Of a stretch of DNA of 64,000 nucleotides, positions 38,713 to 50,899 are shown in pieces. The stretch's first letter is position 1, and each line of letters begins with the position of its first letter. The translations under genes were made by a program, and so were the position numbers. Under the pieces are notes generated by a model. It was not told the DNA's origin, did not search any database, and was given only the letters and a program-made list of their open reading frames with translations. The stretch comes from Nymphaea colorata (lineage: Eukaryota), in assembly GCF_008831285.2 (NCBI RefSeq), contig NC_045138.2, positions 42,718,001 through 42,782,000 of the forward strand, written 5' to 3'.

Positions 38713-41099
38713 GGGGAAACCATGTGAAGCGATGCATGCCTAGCCGTCCTAGCAGCACCGAGGGGTAGGATGGAGGCCGCGGAAGCCCGGATCCTACGCA
38801 ATTCCCACCGTAACCTAGCAAGGTTGGAGCGAGAGGCCGGCACAACAGTGGCAACAAAAGATGAACATAAAAAATCAAACTGTTCCTGAGGGAGCGAGAC
38901 CCTAAGAGAGGCAAGTGCATCCGAAAGAGAAATGTCCAACTCAACATCTAACAAAGGAGAAACAGGCAGCAACCTATCGAGCGAGAGAGGACAAACAGCA
39001 GGTCCGGTGGTTGGACCAGGCAACCGAGCATGAGAGGGAGGAGAGGTCGAGGAAATAGGGGCGAATGCAAAACCAGAACACGGAACAGGGAAAGCAGTGC
39101 CAACACAAGGGACGTGGGGTAGGGGAGGGCTAGTGGGGGGAAGAGGCAAGCAGGTGGGGGTGTAAGGGCAGCCGCGACTGAGTGTAGGGAGCAAAGAAAG
39201 CAGGGAAAGTAAGTAAGTGGCAAAGCTACTGTCAATGCAAATAGAAGAAGTCCGGAGCAGGTGGGCGAAAGAGGCGGTTTTGGTTTGTAGCAGGGGCAAA
39301 GGGGGCCGGTTACAAGGGTGAAAAGCAAGGTAAAGGCAGCGGAGGGAGATGAGTGGACAGGGGGTGATGCATGGATAGAGGTCAAAACATTCGAAACTGT
39401 AGTCGAAGAAGAGTGAACAACAACAATGGCCTCAAAGGGGCGACCTGCAGACGTCGAGAGCACGGGGGTACACGCATATGCAGGGGAGACTAAAGAAGGT
39501 GGGATTGCCGGCGTACAAAGTGGTAAACTGTGCAACAGGCGGGCGGCCGACTGTGCAGTCGCAAAGGACTGGATGTCGCCAACAGCAGACGAAGCAGCAA
39601 GCAACATCGGGCTGGGGCATCCAGAGGTAGGTGAGCGCGAACCGCCAGCTCTCAAAGAAGAAGAAGGAAGGAGCAAGTAGGGTACCTCAGGGAAGCACGG
39701 TGGAGAGCAGGCAAGGTGCCATCGAGGAGGCAAGGTGGGCTCCAGCGGTGAGGGAAGCAGGGGCGGGAGCTGTGATGGCGGGGCCTCAGCACGCGAGGGG
39801 AACTGGTGCGGCAGTCCTCCTAGGCTGAAAATTCGTGGAACCTCAACAGAGAATGGTGGACCTCGTGCACCAGGAATAGAAGGTACTGGCCAAGGAAGCC
39901 GGATAGAGCCAAAGAAAATAGAGCTAGCATCAGAGGTGGGCGACCGAGGAGCAACTGGCAGAGGAACCTGGACCCAGAAGGAGGAAGTGACCGCCGCAAA
40001 GCCATGCCGTCTACTGAAAAGCCACTGATCATTATGACAAGCAGGGAAACGACAGCGCGAACACGTGGCAGCCTGGTGACCATTCAAGGTAGCATACCTC
40101 TGACACCACCATTGACCCCATTTGATGCGGATAGAAGCGACTAACCGAAGAAGGTGCCGAAGCCTGGAAGCACGACGAGAAGAGGGGACACACCAAGCTG
40201 AGGGAGTCGGCCGACCAACAGAGACCACCTTGGGGCACATCGGCCACAAGGAACAGTCACCCATCTGTAGTACGAGAAACTCATAGCGTGTGGTAGGGAG
40301 GAATGATTAGAGGAGGCCGCAATCATCAAGTAGCTGAAGCGAGCCGGCGAAAACACAATTGAAGATGGTAGATTGCCAACTGAATGATGAAGCCAAAGCT
40401 TGATGGGCCCTTTCCAGCGAGCAGAGAAAACTGACAGCAGTACGACAAAGCCGGATACCAGGCCGGATACCACAAAGACTGGGACCGCCAACCCAAGCCC
40501 CGCACAGCGGCCGCAAAGGCGGAGAAGGAGGGAGGGTGGTCATGTCACCAGACTTGCCAAGAAAATGTGTGTGTCCACCCACTGCCAAAGGCAGCTGTGT
40601 CTGGACCCGCTCAAAGCCTAAGCTGAGCATGGTCCCGCAGGCTGGTGAGGCGCAACTTAATACAACGTGAAACCAAGGCACTGGAGGAAGACCGAGAAGC
40701 AAAAGAAAGCAAAAGCTGACCCACAAATACTGCCAAAGCTACCTCAACACAAGCATACCAAAACAACCAGCATTCTCATTCTATCATTTCGTCGAACAAT
40801 TAATAGGCAGCCTCAAACTAAAGGCTTGAGCAATGACAGAGGTGAAGCAGGCGGCCAGCTAAATCTTCATCATCCAATCTCATTGCCAGGAACGGGAGGA
40901 AGGAGCAGCTTGTCTCCCGAAATACTTCGCCCCCATCGGTGGAGGAGAGGTTGGGGCACTCAGAGAGGAGGTGAAAAGGATCGGTTGATGACGACGACGG
41001 CCAGGAATCGTCACCACTCTCCCTTACGAGTGGGCGGGCAACTCGACAGCCCAGTGCACAGGCATCTGCGCCTTGCGAATGGTCGGATTCGTTCGCCAT
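38709..41099 (-). pseudogene. L1 ORF1, frameshifted
   Basis: Lies upstream of ORF2 and contains a Cys/His knuckle-like motif at about 40030-40075. The last frame ends at a TGA overlapping the ORF2 ATG. The start codon at 41099 is tentative. Confidence 0.65.
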
Positions 41100-41234
41100 G
41101 GGGATGGTCGGAAATGGTCGCCGGCCACAGTGGGCACCGTCGGTGACGTCTAAGCTTAACGCGAGAGAGTGTTGGCTCCGGTCGGGAGGTGAGAAGACGC
41201 GAGGAGAGAGGGTAGTGTCAGGAGCCTCTTTCGG

Positions 41235-41271
<37 letters not shown>

Positions 41272-42223
41272 ATTGATTTTACATAGAGAAAGTCAAAATG
41301 TTTAACAAGAAGCACCAACTTCAAGTTATAACAGTTCACCAAATTATGGTGATAGGAATTTCATAATTGGGCCTTATTGTGTTCTTCCTTACAGTGTGCT
41401 TGGTTACGGACAAACCTGGGGAACTAATTTTTATGCTAGAGTGCGATCTAGAACTCCGCAATTCAAAATGTTCTGAGAGTATGGACCTGATTGATGCCAA
41501 GGTGGAAAACTTGACACCCTAAAAATTTCCCTCCAGCGTCCTCATGTTCACCACGTATACTGGTTGAGTGGTAACCTTTTAATAGGAGGGATCACCTCAT
41601 CTCATAATCGCGAGTTTAAACCTATTTAAGAATCTACACTCATATATTGTTTTTACACATAAATTTCACAGTAATCTACACTGTGTAACTTAGTTTAATT
41701 GACTTTGGTGTTAAGACCACTTGATCAATTCAGCTGATATTAAGCATATTTTTCAATAAACATAAGAAAATAATCACTATATAATAATTTCATAAAAAAA
41801 ATTGCCTTCCGATCAATTCGACTTGAATGGCAATTACAGGCAATATTCTTTGGTTAATCGATCAGCAAAGTCCCATTTGTTGGCACGATTATGTGTAAGT
41901 GTATACGTGTGACGTTTTGAGTGGATGCAAACTCAGGATATGATCAGATACAGGATAGGGGAATCGTCTCTTTCCAGCTAGCTTACCTATTGGGAATTAA
42001 GTTAAAGTAGACAGACACTAAGGCAGGATCAGGATGACAGGGTTTATGGCAGACCCAAACAATTATATATGTAGGATTAGTTTCTTCCTTGTACCTACTG
42101 ACAAGTCGATGAAAAAGTCAACGTAGATTTTTCTATTGAATAATTATTTTCATTGCACTGGATACCGTAAAGATTTCCACACTACCTAACTACACTACAC
42201 TAGGAACAGAGTCAATTTTTCAT

Positions 42224-42368
<145 letters not shown>

Positions 42369-43067
42369 AGGGAGAAGAGAGGAGATAAGAGATGAGGGGG
42401 AAACCCATCTACTTGGCCTACTTGGCTTTATAATGACACTCTTCATCCTAAAACCAATACTATTAGACAACACTCAAGAATTGAAACTAAGGACGTAGCT
42501 ACAACACGTCATCTAACCCAGCCAGTTGTGTTATCATGAAAAAGAGATAAAACATTTCTTGTTACACCATGGCGCCAACGTACCCGTTAGAATGGCATTG
42601 TGCCATTCAACCCTTCTCTAATCAGATAGCCCTTGGTGATGAATATTAAAAAATAAAAACATGACCCCCACCTTGCCCGAAGCTTTCCCAGCGAGCCCGA
42701 CTTTCCCATTTCTCCCCACGTCTCCCCTCTCTCTCCCTGTCCTCCACCGTCTCCCTTCTCTCTCCCCGTTGGTATTGACAGCCGTACCGGTGTGCAGCCC
42801 ACCGGACTACCGATCATCAGGCGAACTTGGTAAGACATCTTCCCCGTCTTCCCGCTCTCTCTCCCTGTCGGTGTTGACAGCCCACGGCCCAGCCGGTGTG
42901 CAGCCTACCGGATGACCGACGACCGAGCTTCGCCATAGCTGGTAAAAGAAAGAGAATGCACAGAGGGCATACCAGGTATGCCGAAGCTCGGCCGTCCAGC
43001 AGGCCCCACACCAGTGGGGCAGCCGGCTGTCAACACAGTCAGGGGGAGGGAAAGGAGACGTAGACAA

Positions 43068-43758
43068 TGTTGGGTCGGGTTCAGTCTCAAGAGAGGACCC
43101 GACCCGTCACTTAAGTGACCGGCGGAGGAAAAGGGAGGGCACCTAATGGTGCCCCCAATCTCTCTCACGTCCCTCTCTCTCTATCATTTTTCTTTTAGGG
43201 AAAAAAGAAAAGAGGGTTTTGCATTTTGTGGCTCACACCAAGCAAGGTGAAGGAGAAGAGGAAGGCAAAGAAGAGAAGGAAGGCAAGAAGGAAAGAGGAA
43301 GAAGAGCACGGTCATGGGTTTGGGTAGCCATGTGGGTTCAAGTGTAGAGAGAGAAAGTGAAGAAAACAAGGGAAAGAAAAAAAGAACATACAGTGATTTC
43401 TTTTATTGTTGTTTTCTTGTGTATTCATTCTTGAAAATGATTTATGCTATTCTCTGCAAGAAGAACAACGTAGTTATATTGCCTCTTTGATATATATTTA
43501 AAGTCTCTCTTGCTCGTGGTTTTTTACTCCATTATTGGAGGTCTTTTCCACGTAAATTGGTGTCTCTTGCTTTCTGCATTATTTAGCATATATTTTGATA
43601 TATATTGCTGCAACATTTGTGTTGGAAACTTGATCTTATGCTCGCAGTCCTATGGTTTCGATTTTTAGCAGTTTTGTACATGTTTGACTATCATACTAGT
43701 TGGTTTGGTCTGTTTTATTGTTGTTGAAGCACTCTTTTTGGGGAAAACGACTATAACA
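43068..43758 (+). repeat. 5' LTR of copia element 2
   Basis: TGTTGGGTCGGG...CTATAACA; repeat of 47852-48541. Confidence 0.95.
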
Positions 43759-43814
43759 AAGTGGTATCAGAGACAGGTTAGCGCCAGGTTGGTTGTGTGC
43801 ATTCTTATTGAAGG

Positions 43815-46800
43815 ATGGAGTCGACCCTCACTATGATGATATCTCTAAACAGAAATAATTGGACCATATGAAAAGCCAAAATGAAAGATTTGTTGTATTG
43901 TAAAGACCCATATGCACCCATTGAGAACCAGAAGCCAGCAAATATGACAGATGAAAAATGCAAGTTATTGGACAGAAAAACCATTGGCACCATCAAACAA
44001 TGGCTAGATGACTGTGTTTTTCATTTGGTATCCACAGAGACGAGCGCGAAGTCATTATGGCAGAAGTTGCATGATCTTTACGAGAGGAAAACAACTGGGA
44101 ACAAGGCTTTCTTGATTAGGCAATTAGTAAATCTGAAACTTAGAAAGGGAAAACCAGTGTGAGAGCATCTGAATGAAGTACAGAGCATAATCAATAAGTT
44201 GTCAACAATGAACATGATATTAGATGGTGAGTTACAGGCAATTGCTCAGTTCTCTTCCCGACAGTTGGGAGACTTTAGTTGTTTCTTTGAGCAACTCCAC
44301 TCCAGATGGTGTGTTTATGATGAAGCATGTAACCAGCAGTATTCTAAATGAAGAGACAAGGAGAAAGTCTCTTGGTACTGGTAGCTCACAAGTGCTAGTG
44401 ATAGGAGACAGTGACAGATAGAAGAACCGTAACAAATGGCATGACAGATCAAACTCTAGGTCCAAATCAAGACCGAAGAAGACATGTAAATGCTTTCACT
44501 GTGGTATTCTAGGGCACAAGAAGATTGATTGTAGAAAATGAAAAGAAGAAAAAATAGAGAAAAAGAAGAGTCAAGAGAATGTGAAGTCAAAAGAGTATAC
44601 TGTAGTTGCTTCAGATGATGAGGTAGTGTTATTTTTATTTGAAGAAAATGATTGTCTTACAGTTCAAAATTGTGATTCTACATGGATTTTAGATACTGGG
44701 GCATCATATCATGCCACACCATATAGAGAGTTGTTTTTATCTTATAGAGCAAGTGATTTTGGAGTAGTTCACATGGACAACAGTGATACTTCGAAGATTG
44801 TTGGGATAGAAGATGTTTGCATTGAGACAAGCACATGATGTAAGTTGACTTTGAGAGATATAAGACATGTTCCAGATCTTAGAATGAAACTGATTTCTCA
44901 AGAAAACTAAGTGAAGATGGATATTGTAATTCATTTAGTCAAACAGGATAGAAAGTGACAAAGGGGCACTAGTGTTGGCTAGAGGTGACAGATTTGGCTC
45001 TTTGTATGTGATGAAGTCTCGAATCAGTAGTCTGGATGTCAATGAAGTTACTGCTGGTACTTCGTCAGATTTGTGGCATAAGAGGTTAGGTCACACGAGT
45101 TAAAGAGGAATCGATTTACTCACAAAGAATAATTTGTTACCAAAGGCAGATGGTGCACAGTTATCTCCTTGTGATCATTGTTTGATTGGTAAATTGCATC
45201 GAATTTCCTTTCAGAAAAAGTGCTCTTCAAAAACTAAAGATGTTTTAAATTTAATTTATTCAGATGTATGTGGTCCTATAAATGTGACATCTAAAGGTGG
45301 AGCATCCTATTTTGTCACATTTATTGATGATGCATTTAGGAATGTGTGGGCGTTTACAATGAAAAGCAAAAGTGAAGTAAGTAGTATCTTCATGACTTTT
45401 CATGTAGCGGTTGAGCACGAGACTGGTAAGAAGATGAAGAAACTGCGTACAGATAATGGTGGTGAGTACATAGCATCTTCTTTACGAAAGTATTGTCTAA
45501 AACATGGTATTAGACATGAAAAGACAATTCCCTATACTTCACAACATAATGGAGTTGCAAAAAAGATGCATAGAACTATAATTGAGAGAGTTAGAAGTTT
45601 GCTATCTAGCTTTAAGTTGCCTAAGTATTTTTGGGCAGTGGCAATGCATTCTGTAGTTTATTTAATAAACAGGTTTCATTCAGTGCCTCTAGATGGAGAT
45701 ATTCCATAGAGAGTTTGGTCAGATGAAGTGGTTAAGTATAATCACCTCAGAATTTTTGGTTGTAAAGCTTTCATGCATGTACCAAAAGAACATAAAACCA
45801 AACTAGATGATAAAGCTATTCTTCTAATATTTCTTGGTTATGCAGATGATGAATTTAATTACAAGTTATGGGATCCAAAGAATGACAAAATCTACAATAG
45901 TCATGATGTTGTCGTCAGAGAGGATCAGACAATTGAAGATGTCATGAGTGACAAACCGTCGGATATGAATGTTAGTAGCGTTCATGAGCCAACCTATACA
46001 GGACCTGGAAAATTTTCATCTGAGCATGATGAGACTGATGAAGATATAGAGGAAGATGAAAGAGAGGCAGATGAGCAATATACAGATGACAGCACTATGG
46101 AGACTCAAACTGATCATAAGCATGAGTTGGAGGGGGAGCTTCCTTCTCATTCAGAACCAATTGAGGAGCAATTGAGAAGAGGTAAAAGAACTCGTATACC
46201 ATCTACAAGATATTCTACTGATGAATATATTATATTTACAGATAATAGAGAGCCAGAATCTTATGTAGAAGTGCTAGATGATGTGCATAAAAATGAATGA
46301 GTTCAAGTTATGTAGGAATAAATAAATTCTCTATATAAGAATCACACTTTTGATTTAGTAAAGCTACCAAAAGGTAAGAAAGTGTTGCAGAACAAGTAGG
46401 TCTACAAGCTTAAAAATGAAAGTCAATGCAAGTTGAGATACAAAGCTCAGTTAATGGTGAAAGGTTTGAAGCAGGAAAGAGGTATTGATTTTGATGAAAT
46501 TTTTTCTCCTATGGTTAAAATGTCATCTATCAGGGTAATACTTGGTTTGGTGGCATATCTAGACTTGGAGTTGGAGGAGTTAGATGTAAAAACTGCTTTT
46601 CCTCATGGAGATGTAGAGGAATAAATCTACATGACACAACCAGAAGGTTTTGTGGTTACCAAGAAGAAACACATGGTTTGTAAGTTAAAGAAGGGCTTGT
46701 ATGGACTTAAACAAGTACCTAAACAGTGGTACAAGAAATTTCATGCATTTATGATAAATCAAAAGTATCGCAGTTCAGCCGTAGATCATTGTCTCTACAT

Positions 46801-47816
46801 CAAAGAGTTATCATCAGGCAACTTCAGTATCTTATTGTTATATGTAGATGACATGCTTATTGTTGGACATGACTGTCAATTGATTAGCCAATTGAAGAAG
46901 GATATGAGCAAGTTATTTGATATGAAAGACTTGGGGTCAGCACAACAATTGTTAGGCATGAGGATTGTTCGTGATAGGAAGGCCAAGAAGTTGTGGTTAT
47001 TACAAGACAAATACATTGAGAAGGTCCTTAGCAAGTTCAGCATGAAAGATGCCAAAACAGTAAGTACACCTTTAGCAGCACATTTTAAATTGGGAAATGA
47101 GCAATGTCCATCCTCAGTAGATGAGAAAGAATGAATGAAAAATGTTACATATGCTTTCGCAGTAGGGAGTCTTATGTATGCTATGGTTTGCACACGGCTA
47201 GACTTGGCTTATGTAGTTGGTGTAGTTAGTAGGTTCTTGTCAAATCCAGGCAATGAACATTGGATAGTAGTGAAGTGGATCCTAAGGTATCTGAAAAGTA
47301 CTTCCAATTACTGTTTATGTTTTGGTGAATCTAATCCAAAGATACAAGGATTTGTTGATGCAGACATGGCAGGTGACTTGAACTCTAGGAAGTCTCTTTC
47401 TGGTTATGTCTTTACTTTTGCAGGGTGAGCAGTATCATGGCAGTCTAGATTGCAGAAGTGTTGCTCTTTTCACTACAAAGGTAGAATATATTGTAGCAAC
47501 TGAAGCTTGTAAAGAGTTGTTGTTGATGAAGAGTTTTCTTCATGATATAGGCCTTAGTCAGAAGATCTATGTGTTGCATTATGATAGCCAAAGTGTTATA
47601 CATTTGGCGAATAATTCAACATTCCACTTAATGACCAAGTACATTGATGTCATATATCATTGGATTTGTGATGTGCTTGAGCAAAAACTGATTCAGTTAG
47701 AGAAGATACATAGAAAGAAGAATCCTGCAGATATGATGACGAAGTCTCCACCTAGAGAGAAGCATGACATGTGTAGAGACTTATTTGTGATGACGGCCTT
47801 TAAGGTAGTGTATTAA
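43815..47816 (+). pseudogene. gag-pol polyprotein of copia element 2, many stops
   Basis: KMKDLLYCKD; LLSSLPDSWETL; CFHCGILGHKKIDC; WILDTGASYH; YSDVCGP; RTDNGGEY; LDVKTAF; YVDDML; DADMAGD; NPADMMTK. Confidence 0.95.
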
Positions 47817-47851
47817 GGTATGTTTCCTCTCTTGAGGCTGGAGGGGGAGTT

Positions 47852-48541
47852 TGTTGGGTCGGGTCCAGCCTCAATAGAGGACCTGACCCGATCCAACCTG
47901 TCATTTAAGTGATGAGCGGAGAAAAAGGGAGGGCACCCGATGGTGCCCCTAATCTCTCTCACGTCCCTCTCTCTCTCTATCATTTTTCTTTTGGGGGAAA
48001 AAGAAAAGAGGGCTTTCCATTTTGTGGTTCACACCAAGCAAGGTGAAGAGAAGAGGAAGGCAAAGAAGAGAAGGAGAGAAGTAAGGCAAGAAGGAAAGAG
48101 CACGGATGTGGGTTTGGGCAGTCATGTGGGTTCAAGTGTAGAGAGAGAAAGTGAAGAAAACAAGAAAAATAAAAGAAGAACATACGGTGATTTTCTTTTT
48201 TGTTTTCTTATGCATTCATTCTTGAGAATGATTTATGCTATTCTAAGAACAACGTAGTTGTATTGCCTTTTTTATATATATTTAAAGTCTCTTTTTTTCG
48301 TGGTTTTTTACCCCATTATTGGGGTTTTTTCCACGTAAATTGGTGTCGCTTGTTTTCTGTATTATTTAGCATATATTTTTATATATATTGCTGCAACATT
48401 GGTGTTGGAAACTTGATCTTATGCTCACAGTCCTGTGGTTTCGATTTTTAGCAGTTTTGTGCATGTCCGACTATCATACTAGTTGGTTTGTCCTGTTTTA
48501 TTGTTGTTGAAGCACTCTTTTTAGGGAAAACGACTATAAGA
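47852..48541 (+). repeat. 3' LTR of copia element 2
   Basis: Repeat of the 5' LTR; terminal CA mutated to GA; followed by TSD GACAA. Confidence 0.95.
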
Positions 48542-48545
48542 GACA

Positions 48546-48596
<51 letters not shown>

Positions 48597-48970
48597 CAAA
48601 GGGCTTACCAATCTCGCCCGGAGCTCATTCCAACAGGCTGCACACTGGTGAGGCTGTCCAACACTCATGGGCAGAGAGAGGGGAGATGGGGGAGAAAGGG
48701 GAAAGTCGGGCTCGTTGGGAGAATTTTGAGAGAGCGGGGAGTGATTTTTTTTGTTTTTTTATTCTTTCACCACAAGGACCGTCCGATAGAGAATGATCGG
48801 GTGGCGTAGCACTACTATAACGCGTACGATGGCGCCCTGACGTCACGAGAAACATTGGAAACGTTATATATGTTTGAATTTGCCAGTTGTCAAAAGTTGG
48901 TAAATGACTACTATATATATATATAATATATATAATGTAGCAAGATAGTGGATAAAAGTTAAAAATTTGT

Positions 48971-49006
<36 letters not shown>

Positions 49007-50899
49007 CAATCTTGCCAAATGTCAGTTATTGGTACATGGCTAAAATATAAACATTTGTTAGTAAAAACAGTCACTACATTGGCATTAGCAATGGTTTCTT
49101 ATGCAGTGACGATTTATAGTAGTTTTGCCTAAGTTTTATGGTCTTTTTGGCAATGAACTTTTAAATTTTAATGATATGACAGCTATTTGGCATATGACAA
49201 CATTAACTTTTCCTTATGTATATTAGTGAGGCTAGCTATGTCTGGATCACAGACCAACTGAATTTGCTGATCCTAGTGAACTCTATTCTAAGCCAATGAA
49301 TGTCACGCTCAACAAAACCACAATCGAATATGAGTTTCTATACAACATATACAGTAGCAATATTAATTGCATGAGTGGCTTTTTATCTCTTTTCTTTTCT
49401 TCCCCAGGATAACTATCCCAAAGGGTAGACCTCATGATTTCTCCCACAAGATAAGAAAAAAGGACAGACAAATGGCATCTCTCTATCTGATTACAATTTC
49501 TTAACAGCTCAGGCCTGCAACCAGAATATGTTAATTTACATACTACTTATGGGGGAGCTTGTTAAGCTTTAGAATTCAAACCAATCTTCAATTGCTTAAA
49601 GCTAGATTAGCTGGCCATGAGAAATAAAGAATTATTCATGCATGAGGAATTGATGAGAGATATATACAAGTGGCAACAATAAAAATATTCAACCTTTCAA
49701 TATTGTTAAAAACGTGTCTGAGTCCTCTCATTGTTAACTATAACGTCACTAAATTTATTCAATGGACAACTTTAAGATAGTGAAATTTACTGATTTACCT
49801 TATAGAAAACGAACATAAAAATTATACCCCTTTTTTGAAAATTTACCTTACATGTCTTTCACATATTAATGAAAAGTTCTGCACCTATCTAATTTTGTTA
49901 TTTAAAGTAAACATAAGATAGGTACAATTAACCATTAGTTAGTAATGCTGCTTGTTATACTTAAATTCAAATCATTTGTTGACACTCCAAATTTTCAAAT
50001 TCAATTATACGTAGGCCCCGGCAACCTACCTTCATGTTCCAAGCTGCATTCAAGCAGTTTTTGGACTGCTTTAGAAAAGTCTTCAAACCATTTTCCACTA
50101 TTTTCCGAATGTTCTTTAGTTTTGTTGGCTCATGAACTCACCCAAAAAGAGCTCACCTCATCCAATTTAGGTCTTGGAATGCTTAGAGCCTAGCAAACTA
50201 CCAATTCACAAGTTTTACCCTAGATCATTTTACTCTCATTTCTGAGAGAAACCCTAGGAAAATCCTATAAACTATCCTATTGGACCTACATCTTTTTTTA
50301 TTAGGCATGCTGTAGGTGAAACATAACTACCATGATAAAATCCCCAATTTATAGGTACCAATCTAGTTTAGTTGTGGTAAAACAACTCAATTTTCTAGTT
50401 TAATTTTGACATAAGGATGACAATTAGATGATTCTAATCTCGCTTGGGTTTAATTTGCTTTCATGTTTGTGGTGGTTGTGCACAAGTAGCAAATAGACAA
50501 GTAAGTTCTAAAGAATAGTTTGCACATGCAGTTAGGTTTGTTTTGTTTCCTATCAATTCTTATTTTTGCTTTCTTGTTTTGGTCTCTTTTATTGATTGCT
50601 TAGCATGATTTTGGTTGGAAAGCGGGCTATCTATTACTGAAGCTGCTGAAGCAAGCTATCAAAGGCTTGAAATCTACTACCAAAGCAAGCTATCTACTAT
50701 CAAGAAACAGCTGTTGAAGTAGGCAATTCAAAGCTGAAAATCTACTGCTTGCAAGCCGTTTTTATAAAGGTGTTCGATTACCTCTGAACTGAACAAGTCT
50801 TGAATACTGAGAATTTGAAATCTGTGGACTTAATAAAAGACCCTCTACCCTTTGATCTTAGCGCAAACACTTTTTGACAGGAAGAGGAACTTTGGTCTT

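Larger units (their letters stand above)
34850..41236 (-). mobile_element. Near full-length L1-clade LINE, decayed
   Basis: ORF1 with knuckle-like CSRCRFPACH and a Pro/Ser-rich tail; ORF2 with APE and RT; 3' UTR with AATAAA (~34878) and an A-rich end at about 34850; 5' end abuts a (CT)n tract. No convincing TSD. Confidence 0.9.
43068..48541 (+). mobile_element. Ty1/copia LTR retrotransposon, full length and decayed (Tnt1/Tto1-like)
   Basis: ~690-bp LTRs at 43068-43758 and 47852-48541; perfect TSD GACAA; PBS TGGTATCAGAG (3' end of tRNA-iMet) at 43762; PPT GGAGGGGGAG at 47840. Confidence 0.96.
42551..48856. mobile_element. Non-autonomous long-TIR (Mutator-like) element split by the copia 2 insertion
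   Basis: ~42551-42835 is a diverged reverse complement of ~48600-48856, sharing blocks such as GGCGCCA.CGTAC.CGTTA, CGAGCCCGACTTTCCC.TTTCTCCCC, GTGTGCAGCC and TTGGTAAG. TSD not resolved. Confidence 0.7.

Noticed and set aside
38948..40264. 438-aa Pro/Ser-rich ORF as a host gene
   Set aside because: Lies within L1 ORF1, directly upstream of ORF2.
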